Assembly (NCBI GenBank): GCA_026395555.1
Contig: JAPLYO010000013.1
Span: 6,822-70,821, forward strand
Source of the DNA: Candidatus Peregrinibacteria bacterium
GTDB lineage: Bacteria > Patescibacteriota > Gracilibacteria > UBA1369 > UBA12463
Direction of reading: 5' to 3'
DNA: 64,000 bases
The notes under the pieces are model-generated. The model saw only the letters and a program-made list of their open reading frames with translations, was not told where the DNA came from and made no database searches. How positions within the stretch are numbered: the stretch's first letter is position 1; every line of letters begins with the position of its first letter. Positions 46,121 to 57,300 of the stretch are shown one piece after another. A program made the translations under genes and the position numbers.

Positions 46121-48662
46121 ATCCAAACGGATCATCCTGCTTCTTTTTCGGTGCAGGGACGCCGCCACTGGTTAAGCCCAGACGTCGGATGATCTCACGA
46201 TCTACGAAGTCCTTGTCTCGGCCGTATTTCAATCTCGATAACTGCTTAAAGGCCTCGGCGGCCGACTTGTCACCCTTCTCCAGGTACGGATTCAACGGAG
46301 TAATACTAAACGGTCTCGAAGGCTGGGTATCGATAGAGAGCTTCATGACCGCCTTGAACTTGTCCAAGTTCACCATGTCCTGATCACTAAATACCGGCGC
46401 CATTTCCTTCGCCATATACTCCGCATCCTGAGCACCAATCTTATAGCTCAAAATCGTTCCAACGTTACCGAAGATAGCCTCCTTGATACTTGAGCCCTTC
46501 TTGTTGAGTCCACCACCCTTGTCCTCGAGCTGAGCGAGATACTGGTGAGCTACCGCCATACCGAGACGATACTTACGAGCTTCAGAGAGAATCACCTCAA
46601 TCGAGTCAGTAACGTAGTTTTGGAACTCATCAATATAGAGGAAGAAGTCGCGAGGCTTTTTGCCAGTCTTCAGCAATTTTTGTCGGCTCAAGGCAGCCAT
46701 CTGAATCTTCGACACCATAATCAAACCGAGGAGTTTGGAGTTCATCTCACCCGTCTCACCCTTAGAGAGGTTCACGAGCAGGATCTTTCCATTCTCCATA
46801 ACATCAGCAACATTGAAGGCAGACTTCGCCTGGCCGATAATATTACGCATCATGGTATTTGTAACAAACTGACCGAACTTCGCAGCCAAGTACGGGATCA
46901 TCTCCTGCTTCTCACGTTGTCCCGTCTTCGCCATCTGGTTATCCCAGAATGATTTTACGATAGGATTGGTAACCTTCTCGGTCTTGTAGGCGGCATACTC
47001 ATCATCCGTAAATAGACGAACGATATCGGTAATCGAACCACCCTCAGGGTCGGACATCAGCGTCAAACAACCGTTTCGGAAGTAATCCTGAATACGTGGA
47101 CCAAAGATCTCTTCACCGAACAGCTTGATCATAATGTTCATCGCCTCCATAGAGACCATTTCTTTTTCCTCCCAGGTATCACCCTCGAGCAAGTTCAAAC
47201 CCATCGGTCGATCCATATCTCCCGGGTTGAAATAGATGACATCATCAGCACGCTCGCGTGGGATGAACGGCATGATATCCTCAATCAAACTTCCGTGCGG
47301 ATCAATAATCGCGATACCATCTCCATTGCGCAAATCCTGTCGGATCATCGCCTGCAAAATCGAAGACTTACCTGTACCCGTTTGTCCAATAACATAGAAG
47401 TGACGGAAGCGATCATCGCGTTTCATGCGTATCTCCTTCGTTTCTCCTCGATAGGTATTGTGTCCGAGCAGAATTCCTTCTGTGGGAATATTCGCAGGTG
47501 CAGGAGCTACTTTATAGTTCTGCCATACGATATTCGGATTCATATTGTAACGAATGCTTGGAAGGTGAAATAAACTCGTTAAATCTTCCGACGAGAGAAT
47601 CATCTTACGCTTCGACTCAAAAATCTTAATCCACTGGAGGAAGTTTCTCTGAAATTTTCTAAAAATAAATGAACGAACGAGGGGATCGATCAAGTGATAT
47701 TTCGAGTGCTCAAATGAATTGGCATTTGAGAAGGCAAACTGTCCGAACGATCGATGAATATTCGCAACATTAATTTTGGCATCTTTCAAATTTGGTGCCG
47801 TGCAGACGATACGAATAATCGTATCAAAACCTGGATGGGAATTTTTTTCATCCAAGGCTTTCACCTCTTCATCGCCCGCAGCAGTCATTCGATTTTGCTC
47901 TTGCGCTTCAGGTTTATGCTCCTTCGTCATAAACGCATCAAAGAGCGCCGCAATCCATCCAATAGGATTGTACCACGCAAAACCATGATGAGTTTTATTA
48001 GCACTTTTTTCTTTCGCCAACTCTCGTCCGGAGTGCTGCCAATGATTTGATTCCGGCTTGATAAGAATCTGGATAGCCGCACCCTCATCCTTACCGAACT
48101 TCGAGAGCGCATTCACGATCGAGTTAAGTGGATCGGAGTTGAGACGATTGTAGTTTTTGAATGGAACATGGTAATCCTCCTCGAGATACATATAGCATCC
48201 ATAGACCTTGGAGTTCGGTTTGAAAATATTGTAATCCGGTACCTTTTCGATATGACAGTCGGGATAAAAACTTGTCAGCTGCTTCTCGACGAAAACGAGT
48301 AAATCACGAGGCATGACCATGAAAAATTTCACCTCGCCGTCGATAACAACATACTCTAACGACAGATAATCCTGTCCGATGAAGTGATACTTCCACCCTT
48401 TGTCGTACATGCTATGAAGCGACTCGTAGAAGTGCGTCATGATACCCATAATTTCCTTGAAACTCTTTTGTGCCGAAAACGCCTGCGTCTCGCGCTCAAC
48501 ATCCTCCTTCGACTCCTTTCTCGGAACGCGCACCTGCAAAAACACCATATCCATCATACGTCGATGATCCATGGCATGATGAACCAGATATTCCACAAGA
48601 TGGAAAAGTCCAAAAAGTCCGACAGCGATACCGATAAGAGAGAGGATAAGATTAAGATTCAT
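46116..48662 (-). CDS. type IV secretion coupling protein-like ATPase (TraD/VirD4/TraG family)
   Basis: 848 aa. N-terminal TM, Walker A VIGQTGTGKSS, Walker B FFLYIDEFQNY, AVAHQYLAQL. Confidence 0.75.
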   Translation of the reverse strand: MNLNLILSLIGIAVGLFGLFHLVEYLVHHAMDHRRMMDMVFLQVRVPRKESKEDVERETQAFSAQKSFKEIMGIMTHFYESLHSMYDKGWKYHFIGQDYLSLEYVVIDGEVKFFMVMPRDLLVFVEKQLTSFYPDCHIEKVPDYNIFKPNSKVYGCYMYLEEDYHVPFKNYNRLNSDPLNSIVNALSKFGKDEGAAIQILIKPESNHWQHSGRELAKEKSANKTHHGFAWYNPIGWIAALFDAFMTKEHKPEAQEQNRMTAAGDEEVKALDEKNSHPGFDTIIRIVCTAPNLKDAKINVANIHRSFGQFAFSNANSFEHSKYHLIDPLVRSFIFRKFQRNFLQWIKIFESKRKMILSSEDLTSLFHLPSIRYNMNPNIVWQNYKVAPAPANIPTEGILLGHNTYRGETKEIRMKRDDRFRHFYVIGQTGTGKSSILQAMIRQDLRNGDGIAIIDPHGSLIEDIMPFIPRERADDVIYFNPGDMDRPMGLNLLEGDTWEEKEMVSMEAMNIMIKLFGEEIFGPRIQDYFRNGCLTLMSDPEGGSITDIVRLFTDDEYAAYKTEKVTNPIVKSFWDNQMAKTGQREKQEMIPYLAAKFGQFVTNTMMRNIIGQAKSAFNVADVMENGKILLVNLSKGETGEMNSKLLGLIMVSKIQMAALSRQKLLKTGKKPRDFFLYIDEFQNYVTDSIEVILSEARKYRLGMAVAHQYLAQLEDKGGGLNKKGSSIKEAIFGNVGTILSYKIGAQDAEYMAKEMAPVFSDQDMVNLDKFKAVMKLSIDTQPSRPFSITPLNPYLEKGDKSAAEAFKQLSRLKYGRDKDFVDREIIRRLGLTSGGVPAPKKKQDDPFGF

Positions 48663-48783
48663 AGATTGTTTCTGTTGGTGCGATGGAATGGTACATCAAT
48701 TCATTATAGCAGAAAAGGTAGCTTTGAGGAAGCTGACAGAGCAGAAGAATGAGAAGAAACGTCCTGTGAAGCTACAATAGTGA

Positions 48784-48812
48784 TTGACTGCATGATACAT
48801 AAGTGTTTTAAT
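48784..48812 (+). promoter_or_regulatory. sigma-70-type promoter for the 48836 gene
   Basis: TTGACT 48784-48789, 17-nt spacer, TTTAAT 48807-48812. Confidence 0.5.
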
Positions 48813-48835
48813 ATACACATATAACCAATTATTTT

Positions 48836-49117
48836 ATGGCTAACCTACCAAGAGGAGATTTATCACTCGCAGACAAAGAGAGCAGACTATATGGACGAGC
48901 ACCAGGAGAGAGAGTAAAACCAACGGCTGATGAAGTTGCAGAGTCGATTGGCAAAGGAAGTGGCAGGGTAAGACGTGGAGTTATCGCACTTCTCATAGCC
49001 GCAGGTGCTATAGTCGGGCTAAACGAAGCATCAAAAAGAATGGATCCACTGCCAACAGCGGATGACGTAGCAAAATGGGCTGATGACAATCTTCACGGTC
49101 AGTTTTTTAATAAATAG
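48836..49117 (+). CDS. small hypothetical membrane protein
   Basis: 93 aa. One TM (GVIALLIAAGAIVGL). Has its own promoter. Confidence 0.5.
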   Translation: MANLPRGDLSLADKESRLYGRAPGERVKPTADEVAESIGKGSGRVRRGVIALLIAAGAIVGLNEASKRMDPLPTADDVAKWADDNLHGQFFNK

Positions 49118-49131
49118 ATTGTAAGAGTATT

Positions 49132-50430
49132 TTAAATCCTCTCATACGTCTCTCTAGCAAACTCCGTAAAGAACTTGTGAACTTGCCTGTCGACCTTCAC
49201 ATCGCTCTTTCGGATTGGATTTTTGAGTCGAATGCCACCAAAGGTTCGACATCGACTCAGGGCAACATAGGTCTGTCCCGAGGCAAAACTTCCTGAGCCT
49301 AAATCAATAACAACCTTGTCAAAAGTCTTCCCCTGACTCTTGTGAATAGTAATGGCCCAAGCAAGCTTCAGCGGAATCTGCTCGAACGATCCGGCACTTT
49401 TTTGAGATAAGGATTGAGAAGAAGAGTCATACTCATAGCGATAGAGTTTCCACTCATGCGCCGTGACATGCACCTCCTTACCCCCATGGATTTGAACGAT
49501 GACAGCTCGCGGTAGAATCTCGGTTACCTGACCGATCGTGCCGTTGACCCACTGCCCCTCGACGTCGTTATTGGCAAACATCACCTGGGCCCCTACTTTG
49601 AGAACAAGTGCTTGATCCGCCGGATACTGCTTCATATCGAAGCTTCCCTTGATCGTGCTCGAGAAAGAATGTGCGGGAGTTTTGAGTTTAGATAAACGCG
49701 CATCGTTGATATCCGCCGCTAGCTGATTTGTCGACGTGAGATGAATGCTGTCGGAATCATGCATACCGGAATCGAGCACTCTCGAATTAATGGCATTGAT
49801 CTGCATATCTGTGACGCTATTTACGCGAATCGCATTGAGAAGGTCGATGAAAGCATCGTCACTCTGGCGATAAATCTTATCAAGTTCGACGAGCTCCATA
49901 TAGAACCTTTCATCTCGAACCGCTTTCGAATGGAAGAACCACGGACTCTGATAAAACTCCGCGAAGAACTCTTCCTCATGACGCATCACAATCGGTGGGA
50001 GCTGGTAGAGATCCCCGATAAAGACCATCTGCACGCCACCAAACGGCTCTTTATTTCTTCGAGCGGCCTTCAGGAAGGCATCTACGCAGTCCATGAGGTC
50101 AGCACGCACCATCGACACCTCATCAATAATAATCGTCGTTAGCGAAAGATACATCTCTCGTTTCGTCGCTTTTGCTCCCTTCTTTTTCGCCTTATCAATC
50201 GTAATGCCCGGAATAAATCCAAAGAACGAGTGAATCGTCTCACCCTGCACGTTCAACGCCGCCACACCCGTCGGCGCCAGCACGACAACCTTCTTCGCCG
50301 TCCGCTCCATGAAGTGCGTCAACAATGTCGACTTTCCCGTTCCCGCCTTACCCGTGAGGAACACACTATGATGCGTATCCTCCATTAAATGCATCGCGCG
50401 ATTAAACTGCTCGTGTTGTTCAATAATCAT
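49132..50430 (-). CDS. Pif1/RecD-family SF1 DNA helicase
   Basis: 432 aa. FLTGKAGTGKSTLL, IIIDEVSMV, AITIHKSQGKTFD, YVALSRCR. Confidence 0.85.
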   Translation of the reverse strand: MIIEQHEQFNRAMHLMEDTHHSVFLTGKAGTGKSTLLTHFMERTAKKVVVLAPTGVAALNVQGETIHSFFGFIPGITIDKAKKKGAKATKREMYLSLTTIIIDEVSMVRADLMDCVDAFLKAARRNKEPFGGVQMVFIGDLYQLPPIVMRHEEEFFAEFYQSPWFFHSKAVRDERFYMELVELDKIYRQSDDAFIDLLNAIRVNSVTDMQINAINSRVLDSGMHDSDSIHLTSTNQLAADINDARLSKLKTPAHSFSSTIKGSFDMKQYPADQALVLKVGAQVMFANNDVEGQWVNGTIGQVTEILPRAVIVQIHGGKEVHVTAHEWKLYRYEYDSSSQSLSQKSAGSFEQIPLKLAWAITIHKSQGKTFDKVVIDLGSGSFASGQTYVALSRCRTFGGIRLKNPIRKSDVKVDRQVHKFFTEFARETYERI

Positions 50431-50547
50431 GGGGGTATACTATCCTAACTCAAGCCTGTTTGCACGACAGATACGATAGTATTTTCCTCATGTATATATG
50501 AATTATGCAATATAATTTGAATATGTTAAGAAAGTCATGTAATAAGA

Positions 50548-51384
50548 ATGTATAACGCATCACGTATGTCGCTCGATAGAAATGATCATGTCGATAACTC
50601 ACTTCCTCCAAAAAGAGGTACGCTCAAACATCTTCCCGGTATGGTCGATAGAATGGCCATCACGGGAAACCCTGGAGAAAAGGAGAAAATTAATGCATTA
50701 ATCGAGGCGCTTGAGGCGGTGGACATCGCTGATTTTTTACCAGAAGGCGTAAAGGGGCGCATTGTTGATTCGCCGATGCCAATTGGAAACGAAGAATATC
50801 AGGTAAACATGACGAGGCCGCTATTAAGTATGAAGATGCTGCTCGAGCTCGATGTGGGGCCAGGACAGACAGTATTGGAAATTGGGTATGGAAGTGGATT
50901 CGTAACTGCACTATTGGCACATCTTGTTGGTCCTCAGGGGCGCGTCGTAGGATTAGAGATACACCCCGATATCGCAAAATTCGGAGAACAGAATATTGGA
51001 AAGTATCCGGAGCTAAAACGAAGAATAAAACTCTACACAGATGATGCCGCGCTATTAACACGAACATCAGTTGCGCAAGCGCTCGGTGCACAGCAGCAAA
51101 CCGTAAAAGGATTTGATAGAATATTCTGCGCTGCCCAGATGCTCAAAATTCCAGATAGCATAGCGGTCCTTTTAGAAAGAGACGGAGTAATGATTCTGCC
51201 GAAACAGCATGAGGCAAGACTTCCTCATATTGCCTACATAAAAAAAGCAGTATGGTTCGGCGACAAACTTATAACGATAAATCCCGGCATTGGGCATCCG
51301 ATGCCCGCCATATTTATCCCTTTCATGCGAAAAGATGAACAGGGAAGATTTGTCCAAAACAATGGAGAGACGCATGGGAAGTAG
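50548..51384 (+). CDS. protein-L-isoaspartate O-methyltransferase (PIMT/Pcm)-like methyltransferase
   Basis: 278 aa. VLEIGYGSGFVTALLAHLVGPQGRVVGLEI AdoMet fold resembling Pcm. Atypical ~85-aa N-terminal extension. Confidence 0.65.
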   Translation: MYNASRMSLDRNDHVDNSLPPKRGTLKHLPGMVDRMAITGNPGEKEKINALIEALEAVDIADFLPEGVKGRIVDSPMPIGNEEYQVNMTRPLLSMKMLLELDVGPGQTVLEIGYGSGFVTALLAHLVGPQGRVVGLEIHPDIAKFGEQNIGKYPELKRRIKLYTDDAALLTRTSVAQALGAQQQTVKGFDRIFCAAQMLKIPDSIAVLLERDGVMILPKQHEARLPHIAYIKKAVWFGDKLITINPGIGHPMPAIFIPFMRKDEQGRFVQNNGETHGK

Positions 51385-51494
51385 GGATGTATTTACCACA
51401 CGCAATAGATACGTAAGTACATAAAAGTTATTGACATAAATATAGAAATAGGTCATATGTTATATTACAAAATTAGAAAATAATACAACGAATT

Positions 51495-52478
51495 ATGACA
51501 GAGGGTAATAATGTCAGAATAGTAAGTACATTAGAAATTGACAGTTTAACACAGAGGGAGCTGCCCGTACCTGTAAATGAGATCAGAAAAAATGATAGAG
51601 ATGCATCGGAATACGATACAGATGGGTTAAATGCCTGGAGGGATCTGGCGATGGAGACACGAGATATGCTGCTAGGTGGCGCATCGATTGATGAAATAAA
51701 AGACTTAGTCAGAAATGAACGTCGTGGGCATGGTCCCTATCGTGAGAACTACAGGCCTATGCCGTCTAAAGATGGTGTGGTGCGACCAGAGATAGTATCT
51801 AAAAGAATGAAATCCCCAATTCCTTTTGTTGGACAGTTAGATGAAAGGAATGGAAGGAGGCTCGAGGGAGCAAAAGCGCCATCGATTAATCAATTGGGGA
51901 GAATGGCGGAAGTAGTATTTCAAGATGAGTCTGTGCAGTCAGCCCTGAATCATGTTGCTGGTGAAATTCAAGATGTCCTATCGTTGCATGGTGGACTGAA
52001 GAGAGGTCAATATTATAAAGGTAGTTTTTATAGTGGCTGGGGAGACCATATCAGTTACCGATCTCCAATAGACAAAAAACAGGAAGAAGTTGATAAGGTT
52101 GTTGGCATACCAGATGGTCAGGGCTGGTCACTGTTGCGATATCATTGGCATCATTCCGACTATATCGGTTCAACTCGACATAATAGCGGGTATGACAGAT
52201 TTCAGTGGACGAACCGTGTTACAGGTTTCGAGCTTGGCCTCCATGTTGACTGGCACACGAATAAGGAGTCACCGCGTATAGACGGTCTTAATATACGCCC
52301 TCTTCTTGAAAGTACGGAGGCCTATACCAATCTCTATCAAGGCTATTACAAAAAAAGTACACCAGGACAAGCCATCTCTAGAGTGGGAGAATATAAAGCA
52401 GTAGAAGTTGATGAAGGATATCTTCGTTATCAAGATGATGGAACATGGCGCAAAAGAAGCGTAGAAAAGCAGGCCTAA
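51495..52478 (+). CDS. hypothetical protein
   Basis: 327 aa, soluble, W/H/Y-rich (LLRYHWHHSDYIGSTRHNSGYDRFQW). No family recognised. Confidence 0.55.
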   Translation: MTEGNNVRIVSTLEIDSLTQRELPVPVNEIRKNDRDASEYDTDGLNAWRDLAMETRDMLLGGASIDEIKDLVRNERRGHGPYRENYRPMPSKDGVVRPEIVSKRMKSPIPFVGQLDERNGRRLEGAKAPSINQLGRMAEVVFQDESVQSALNHVAGEIQDVLSLHGGLKRGQYYKGSFYSGWGDHISYRSPIDKKQEEVDKVVGIPDGQGWSLLRYHWHHSDYIGSTRHNSGYDRFQWTNRVTGFELGLHVDWHTNKESPRIDGLNIRPLLESTEAYTNLYQGYYKKSTPGQAISRVGEYKAVEVDEGYLRYQDDGTWRKRSVEKQA

Positions 52479-52505
52479 GCGGGTGGAGATTGAGTAAAAG
52501 TGATA

Positions 52506-54275
52506 TTACTCCTCCTTCATCACCTCTATATGCATCTCGGCTACCTGTATGGCAGGGATTTCTGAAGGCGCGCCCATCATAAGATCTTTGGCTTTTTGAT
52601 CCTTTGGGAAGGCGATAACCTCGCGGATATTTGGTTCGTTTTGGAAGATCATCACGAGACGATCAATGCCCCATGCGATACCACCATGCGGCGGAGCGCC
52701 ATACTCAAAAGCTCTCAGCATGTGCCCGAAACGAATCTCGCAGTCTTCCTTGGAAACTCCAAGTACCTCAAAAATCTTTGCCTGTTCAGTCGCATCATGA
52801 ATACGAATACTTCCACCGCCGATCTCTGAGCCATTCAATGCGAGGTCATAGGCCTGAGCACGAACATGTTTTGGATCGGTATCGAGCATCGCAACGTCCT
52901 CCTTGAGTGGAGCTGTGAACGGATGGTGAGCGGAAACTAAACGCTTATCTTCTTTGCTGTACTCAAATAATGGGAACTCATAAATCCAGCAGAAGGCGAG
53001 CTCGTCGGCCTTTCGCAGGCCGAGAGTATCTCCGCATGACAATCGAACCTGTCCAAGTGCGGTAGCGGCAGTATCGAAGGTATCAGCTCCGAAGAAGATG
53101 ATATCTCCCGTCTTGGCACCACTTGCCTCCACCAACTTCTTCATCTCTTCTTCTGAGAAAAATTTCGCAATAGGGGACTTGACTCCAGCTTCTTCCATAA
53201 CGATGTAGGCCAAACCTTTGGCTCCATAAATTTTTGCAACCTCGGTGAGATCGTCGATCTGTTTACGCGTAAATCCGGCAGCTCCCTCCACACGAAGGGC
53301 AAATACGACACCCTCTGGCTGCGCAACGGCATCAGCAAAAACCTTGAATCCACAACCCTTCACGAGTTCGCTTACATCACAAATCGGCATATCAAAGCGC
53401 AAATCTGGCTTATCTGAGCCATATTTAGACATAGCTTCCTTCCAGGTAATACGTGGAAATGGTTTCTTCAATAATTTTTTATTCGGAACAAATTTCTCGA
53501 CAAGCTCGATCATCAAACCCTCTGTTAAGCTCATGATATCCTCAGCATCAACAAATGACATCTCGATATCAAGTTGTGTGAACTCAGGCTGACGGTCACC
53601 GCGCTGATCCTCATCACGGAAACATCGAGCAATCTGGAAGTAGCGGTCCATACCGGCCACCATCAAGAGCTGCTTCATCTGTTGTGGAGACTGAGGAAGT
53701 ACAAAAAACTTTCCCGGGTAGACGCGTGAAGGAACGATATACTCACGTGATCCCTCGGGGGTTCCTTTGATCAAAATAGGTGTCTCTACCTCGACGAAAT
53801 CGTAGCGGTCCATATAGTCTCGCATCGTCTTGATAATCTTGTGACGCTGAACAATGTTCGTCTTCATACGTTCACGTCGGAGATCCAAATAACGGTACTG
53901 CAAGCGAAGTTCTTCATTGGCATCTTTTTCGATATCAATTTCAAATGGAGGAGTTTTGGCAGGGTTGAGAACCTTCAACGTCTTGACGACGACCTCGATA
54001 CCGCCGGTAGGCATATTTTTATTTTCAGAACCCTCTGGTCGAGCACGAACCGTACCGGTAATTTGCAATACGTACTCACTTCGAACACTCTCGGCGAGCT
54101 CATGCACGCCTTCCTGAGATGGATCAATAACAACCTGAGTCAGCCCATAACGGTCTCGGAGATCAATAAAAATCAAACCGCCATGATCACGACGTCGGTG
54201 AACCCAACCGGCAAGAGTAATGTCAGTACCAATATGGGAAGGACGTAATTCGGAACAGGTATGTGAACGATACAT
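52506..54275 (-). CDS. aspS: aspartate--tRNA ligase (bacterial type)
   Basis: 589 aa. MYRSHTCSELR, FIDLRDRYG, QSPQQ, FRDEDQRGDRQPEFTQLD, GGGSIRIH. Confidence 0.95.
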   Translation of the reverse strand: MYRSHTCSELRPSHIGTDITLAGWVHRRRDHGGLIFIDLRDRYGLTQVVIDPSQEGVHELAESVRSEYVLQITGTVRARPEGSENKNMPTGGIEVVVKTLKVLNPAKTPPFEIDIEKDANEELRLQYRYLDLRRERMKTNIVQRHKIIKTMRDYMDRYDFVEVETPILIKGTPEGSREYIVPSRVYPGKFFVLPQSPQQMKQLLMVAGMDRYFQIARCFRDEDQRGDRQPEFTQLDIEMSFVDAEDIMSLTEGLMIELVEKFVPNKKLLKKPFPRITWKEAMSKYGSDKPDLRFDMPICDVSELVKGCGFKVFADAVAQPEGVVFALRVEGAAGFTRKQIDDLTEVAKIYGAKGLAYIVMEEAGVKSPIAKFFSEEEMKKLVEASGAKTGDIIFFGADTFDTAATALGQVRLSCGDTLGLRKADELAFCWIYEFPLFEYSKEDKRLVSAHHPFTAPLKEDVAMLDTDPKHVRAQAYDLALNGSEIGGGSIRIHDATEQAKIFEVLGVSKEDCEIRFGHMLRAFEYGAPPHGGIAWGIDRLVMIFQNEPNIREVIAFPKDQKAKDLMMGAPSEIPAIQVAEMHIEVMKEE

Positions 54276-54314
54276 AAGATTAGTGAAAGAAATGTAGGTG
54301 AAATCGTGGGTATA

Positions 54315-57300
54315 TTAGCCTATCTTTGGTTGTTGGAAAAGGGCTTCCAGCTCCTCTTTGACCTGACCCTCAAAAGAGACACCCACAGGAAGACGAATTT
54401 TTCGTACCTCCTGGCCATCGCGGAGGTGGATCTCGGTAGGATGGACTCCAACATGCTTATTCAAAATTTGCTTTACCGCAGCCATAATAGACGAGGGGGT
54501 GTCCTTCAGGAGTGAGACGACTAACGTATCACCGGAGATACTCACGCTGGGCCCAGAAATACCGGAAATGGCTGTAGAGGAGGAGGGATGAGAAACTTCT
54601 TCCGAGCCGCCATGCTCTTCCGGAGGCATCTCACCCTCATCGACAACCCGAGGCTTATCCTTCGCCGCATCTTCCGGGGAGATAACGATTAGCTGCCTAC
54701 GAACCTTTTCTTCCGGTTTATAGAGACCTAGCTCCTTCGCCTTCGCGATCATACTTTCAAGAGACATGCTCGAAACGGCATCTACCGTGAGGTTGTACTC
54801 ACTGCGTCGCAAATCCAGACGGCCGGTAACGATGACGATATGATCTTGTTTAAGTTTCTCGGCAAACATGGCGTAGGACTTCGGGAAAACTACAGCATTA
54901 ATTCTGCCTGTCGGATCCTCTAATAAAAACTGCATCATGTACGTTCCGGACTTGGTGAATATTTTTTTGGGATTAGTAACGAGTCCAGCAAACTGCACGC
55001 TCTTGCCAATATATTTCTTCGTAATTTTTTCCGCGAGTAGAACTTTTTTTCCAAAATAGGATCGAAGCCCCTGTAGTGGATGACTCGAAACATACAGACC
55101 CAGATACTCCTTCTCCCATCGAAGACAATCCGTTCGAGTAGCGGGAGGGGCTTTCTCGAGAGAAAATTCAGGTATACCATCATCCGATCCAAAATCATCA
55201 AAGAGTCCAGTCTGACCCTGAGCCTGTCCACCCTGATGAGACTTGGAGTGCTGCACAATTCGATCAAAATTTTCAATCAACGTCATGCGTTCGCCAAACT
55301 CTTCTAGTGCACCGCAGTAAGCCAACGCCATAAAGAGTTTCTTATTGATGCAGTTGGACGGAACGCGCTCAGCGAAGTTCTGAATGGAGGTGAATGGCCC
55401 GCCCTCACGTCGAATGCGCAGAATTTCAAGTACCGGAGCCTCTCCCACTCCCTTCACCGCAGAAAGACCGAAACGAATTTTTCCGGGTCCGACAAGGGTG
55501 AAGTTAGATTCCGACTCATTGATAGAAGGCGGAAGAACCTGGATACCCATCGACTCACACTCCTCGATCTCAATCGCCATACGATCCAGGTCACCCTGGT
55601 CACACATCAACAGTGCCGTCATCAACTCATCGGGATAGTTTCCCTTCAGATACGCTGTCTGGTAGGCGATCATGCCATAACAGGCACCGTGTGCTTTATT
55701 GAAACCATAGCCGGCAAACGGCTCAATAACTTTCTCAAACACCTCCTCCGCATTTTTTTTCGTATGACCTTTTTTTACAGCTCCCTTGATGAACTTTTCT
55801 TTCTGCTCTACGAGCAACTCCATGATTTTTTTACCTACAGCCTTTCGGAGCAAGTCCGCCTCACCAAGCGAGAAACCCGCATACTGCTGTGCGATTTGAA
55901 GAATCTGCTCCTGATAAACGGCCACGCCATAGGTCTCATTAAGAATCGTCTCAAAACTCTTATCGAGATAGTGAACGGACTCAGGATGATGCTTTCCTTT
56001 AATGTAACTCGGAATCCAATCCATAGGACCAGGACGGTAGAGCGATACCATCGCGACGATATCATTAAAGTTCGTAGGTACGAGCTCCTTTAAATAACGT
56101 CGCATACCTCCCGACTCCAGCTGGAAGACACCGGTCGTTTCGCCCTTCTGGAGGAGCTCAAAAGCCTTTGGATCATTTTTCGGCAAACGGTTAAGGTCAA
56201 TCTCGATACCTCGAGATTTTTTAATAATACCCAAAGCCTTTTCCATAACAGTAAGGTTCTTCAATCCCAAGAAGTCCATCTTGAGCAGGCCAATCTCCTC
56301 GATCGGTTTCATGGAGTACTGCGTGACGACGTCCTTCTGCTCACCGCCAGCACCGAACTGGAGTGGGGTATATTGCACTAATGGTTTGGAAGAGATAACT
56401 ACCGCGCAGGCATGGGTACCGGCGTGTCGAACGGTTCCCTCGAGCTCCATCGCATCATCGAGTAATACTCGAGCACGCTCGTCTTTTTTGTAGAGCTCTT
56501 TCAGTTCGGGATCTTTCTCGATAGACTCATGAAGAGGGACGTGTTTGCCCTGGACTGGTGGTGGAATTTTTTTTGATACGGCATCAACCTCCGAGTACGG
56601 ATAGCCAAGCGCGCGGCCGACATCGCGAACAGCGGCTCTGGAAGCCATTGTTCCAAAGGTGATAATTTGAGCGACATTCTCTCGGCCATACTTATCAATA
56701 ACGTACTCCAAAACTTCTCCACGACGATCATCAGCAAAATCGACGTCGATATCAGGCATCGAGATACGTTCGGGATTCAAGAAGCGCTCGAAGATGAGTC
56801 CATGCTCGAGTGGATCGAGTTGTGTGATGAAGAGGGCGTAGGAGAGGAGGGAGCCCGCGGCGGAGCCGCGGCCCGGACCAACCACGATGCCGCGCTCACG
56901 CGCGGCCCGAATGAAATCCCACACAATCAAAAAGTACGCATCAAATCCCATCTGATGCACAATCCCTAACTCATATTCGAGCTGCGTAATGACCTTTTCC
57001 GAGGGCGCACCGTCATACCTCACTTGCAAGCCCTCATAACATAACTGTCGCAGATACTCATCGGGCGGAACGTTGTTCGGTGTATCAAAATTCGGCAGCA
57101 AGTTCTGATGAAGAGGAATCTCAATATTACACATGTCCGCAATCTTCAAGGTATTTTCTATCGCCTCAGGCACGTGTTTAAACGCCTCTTTCATCTGCTC
57201 CGGTGTCTTCAGGGCAAAATTTCCCGAAAACTTCATTCGATTTTCATCGTAAATATTCGTACCCGTCTGAATCGACAAGAGAATATCATGTGAGTGATGC

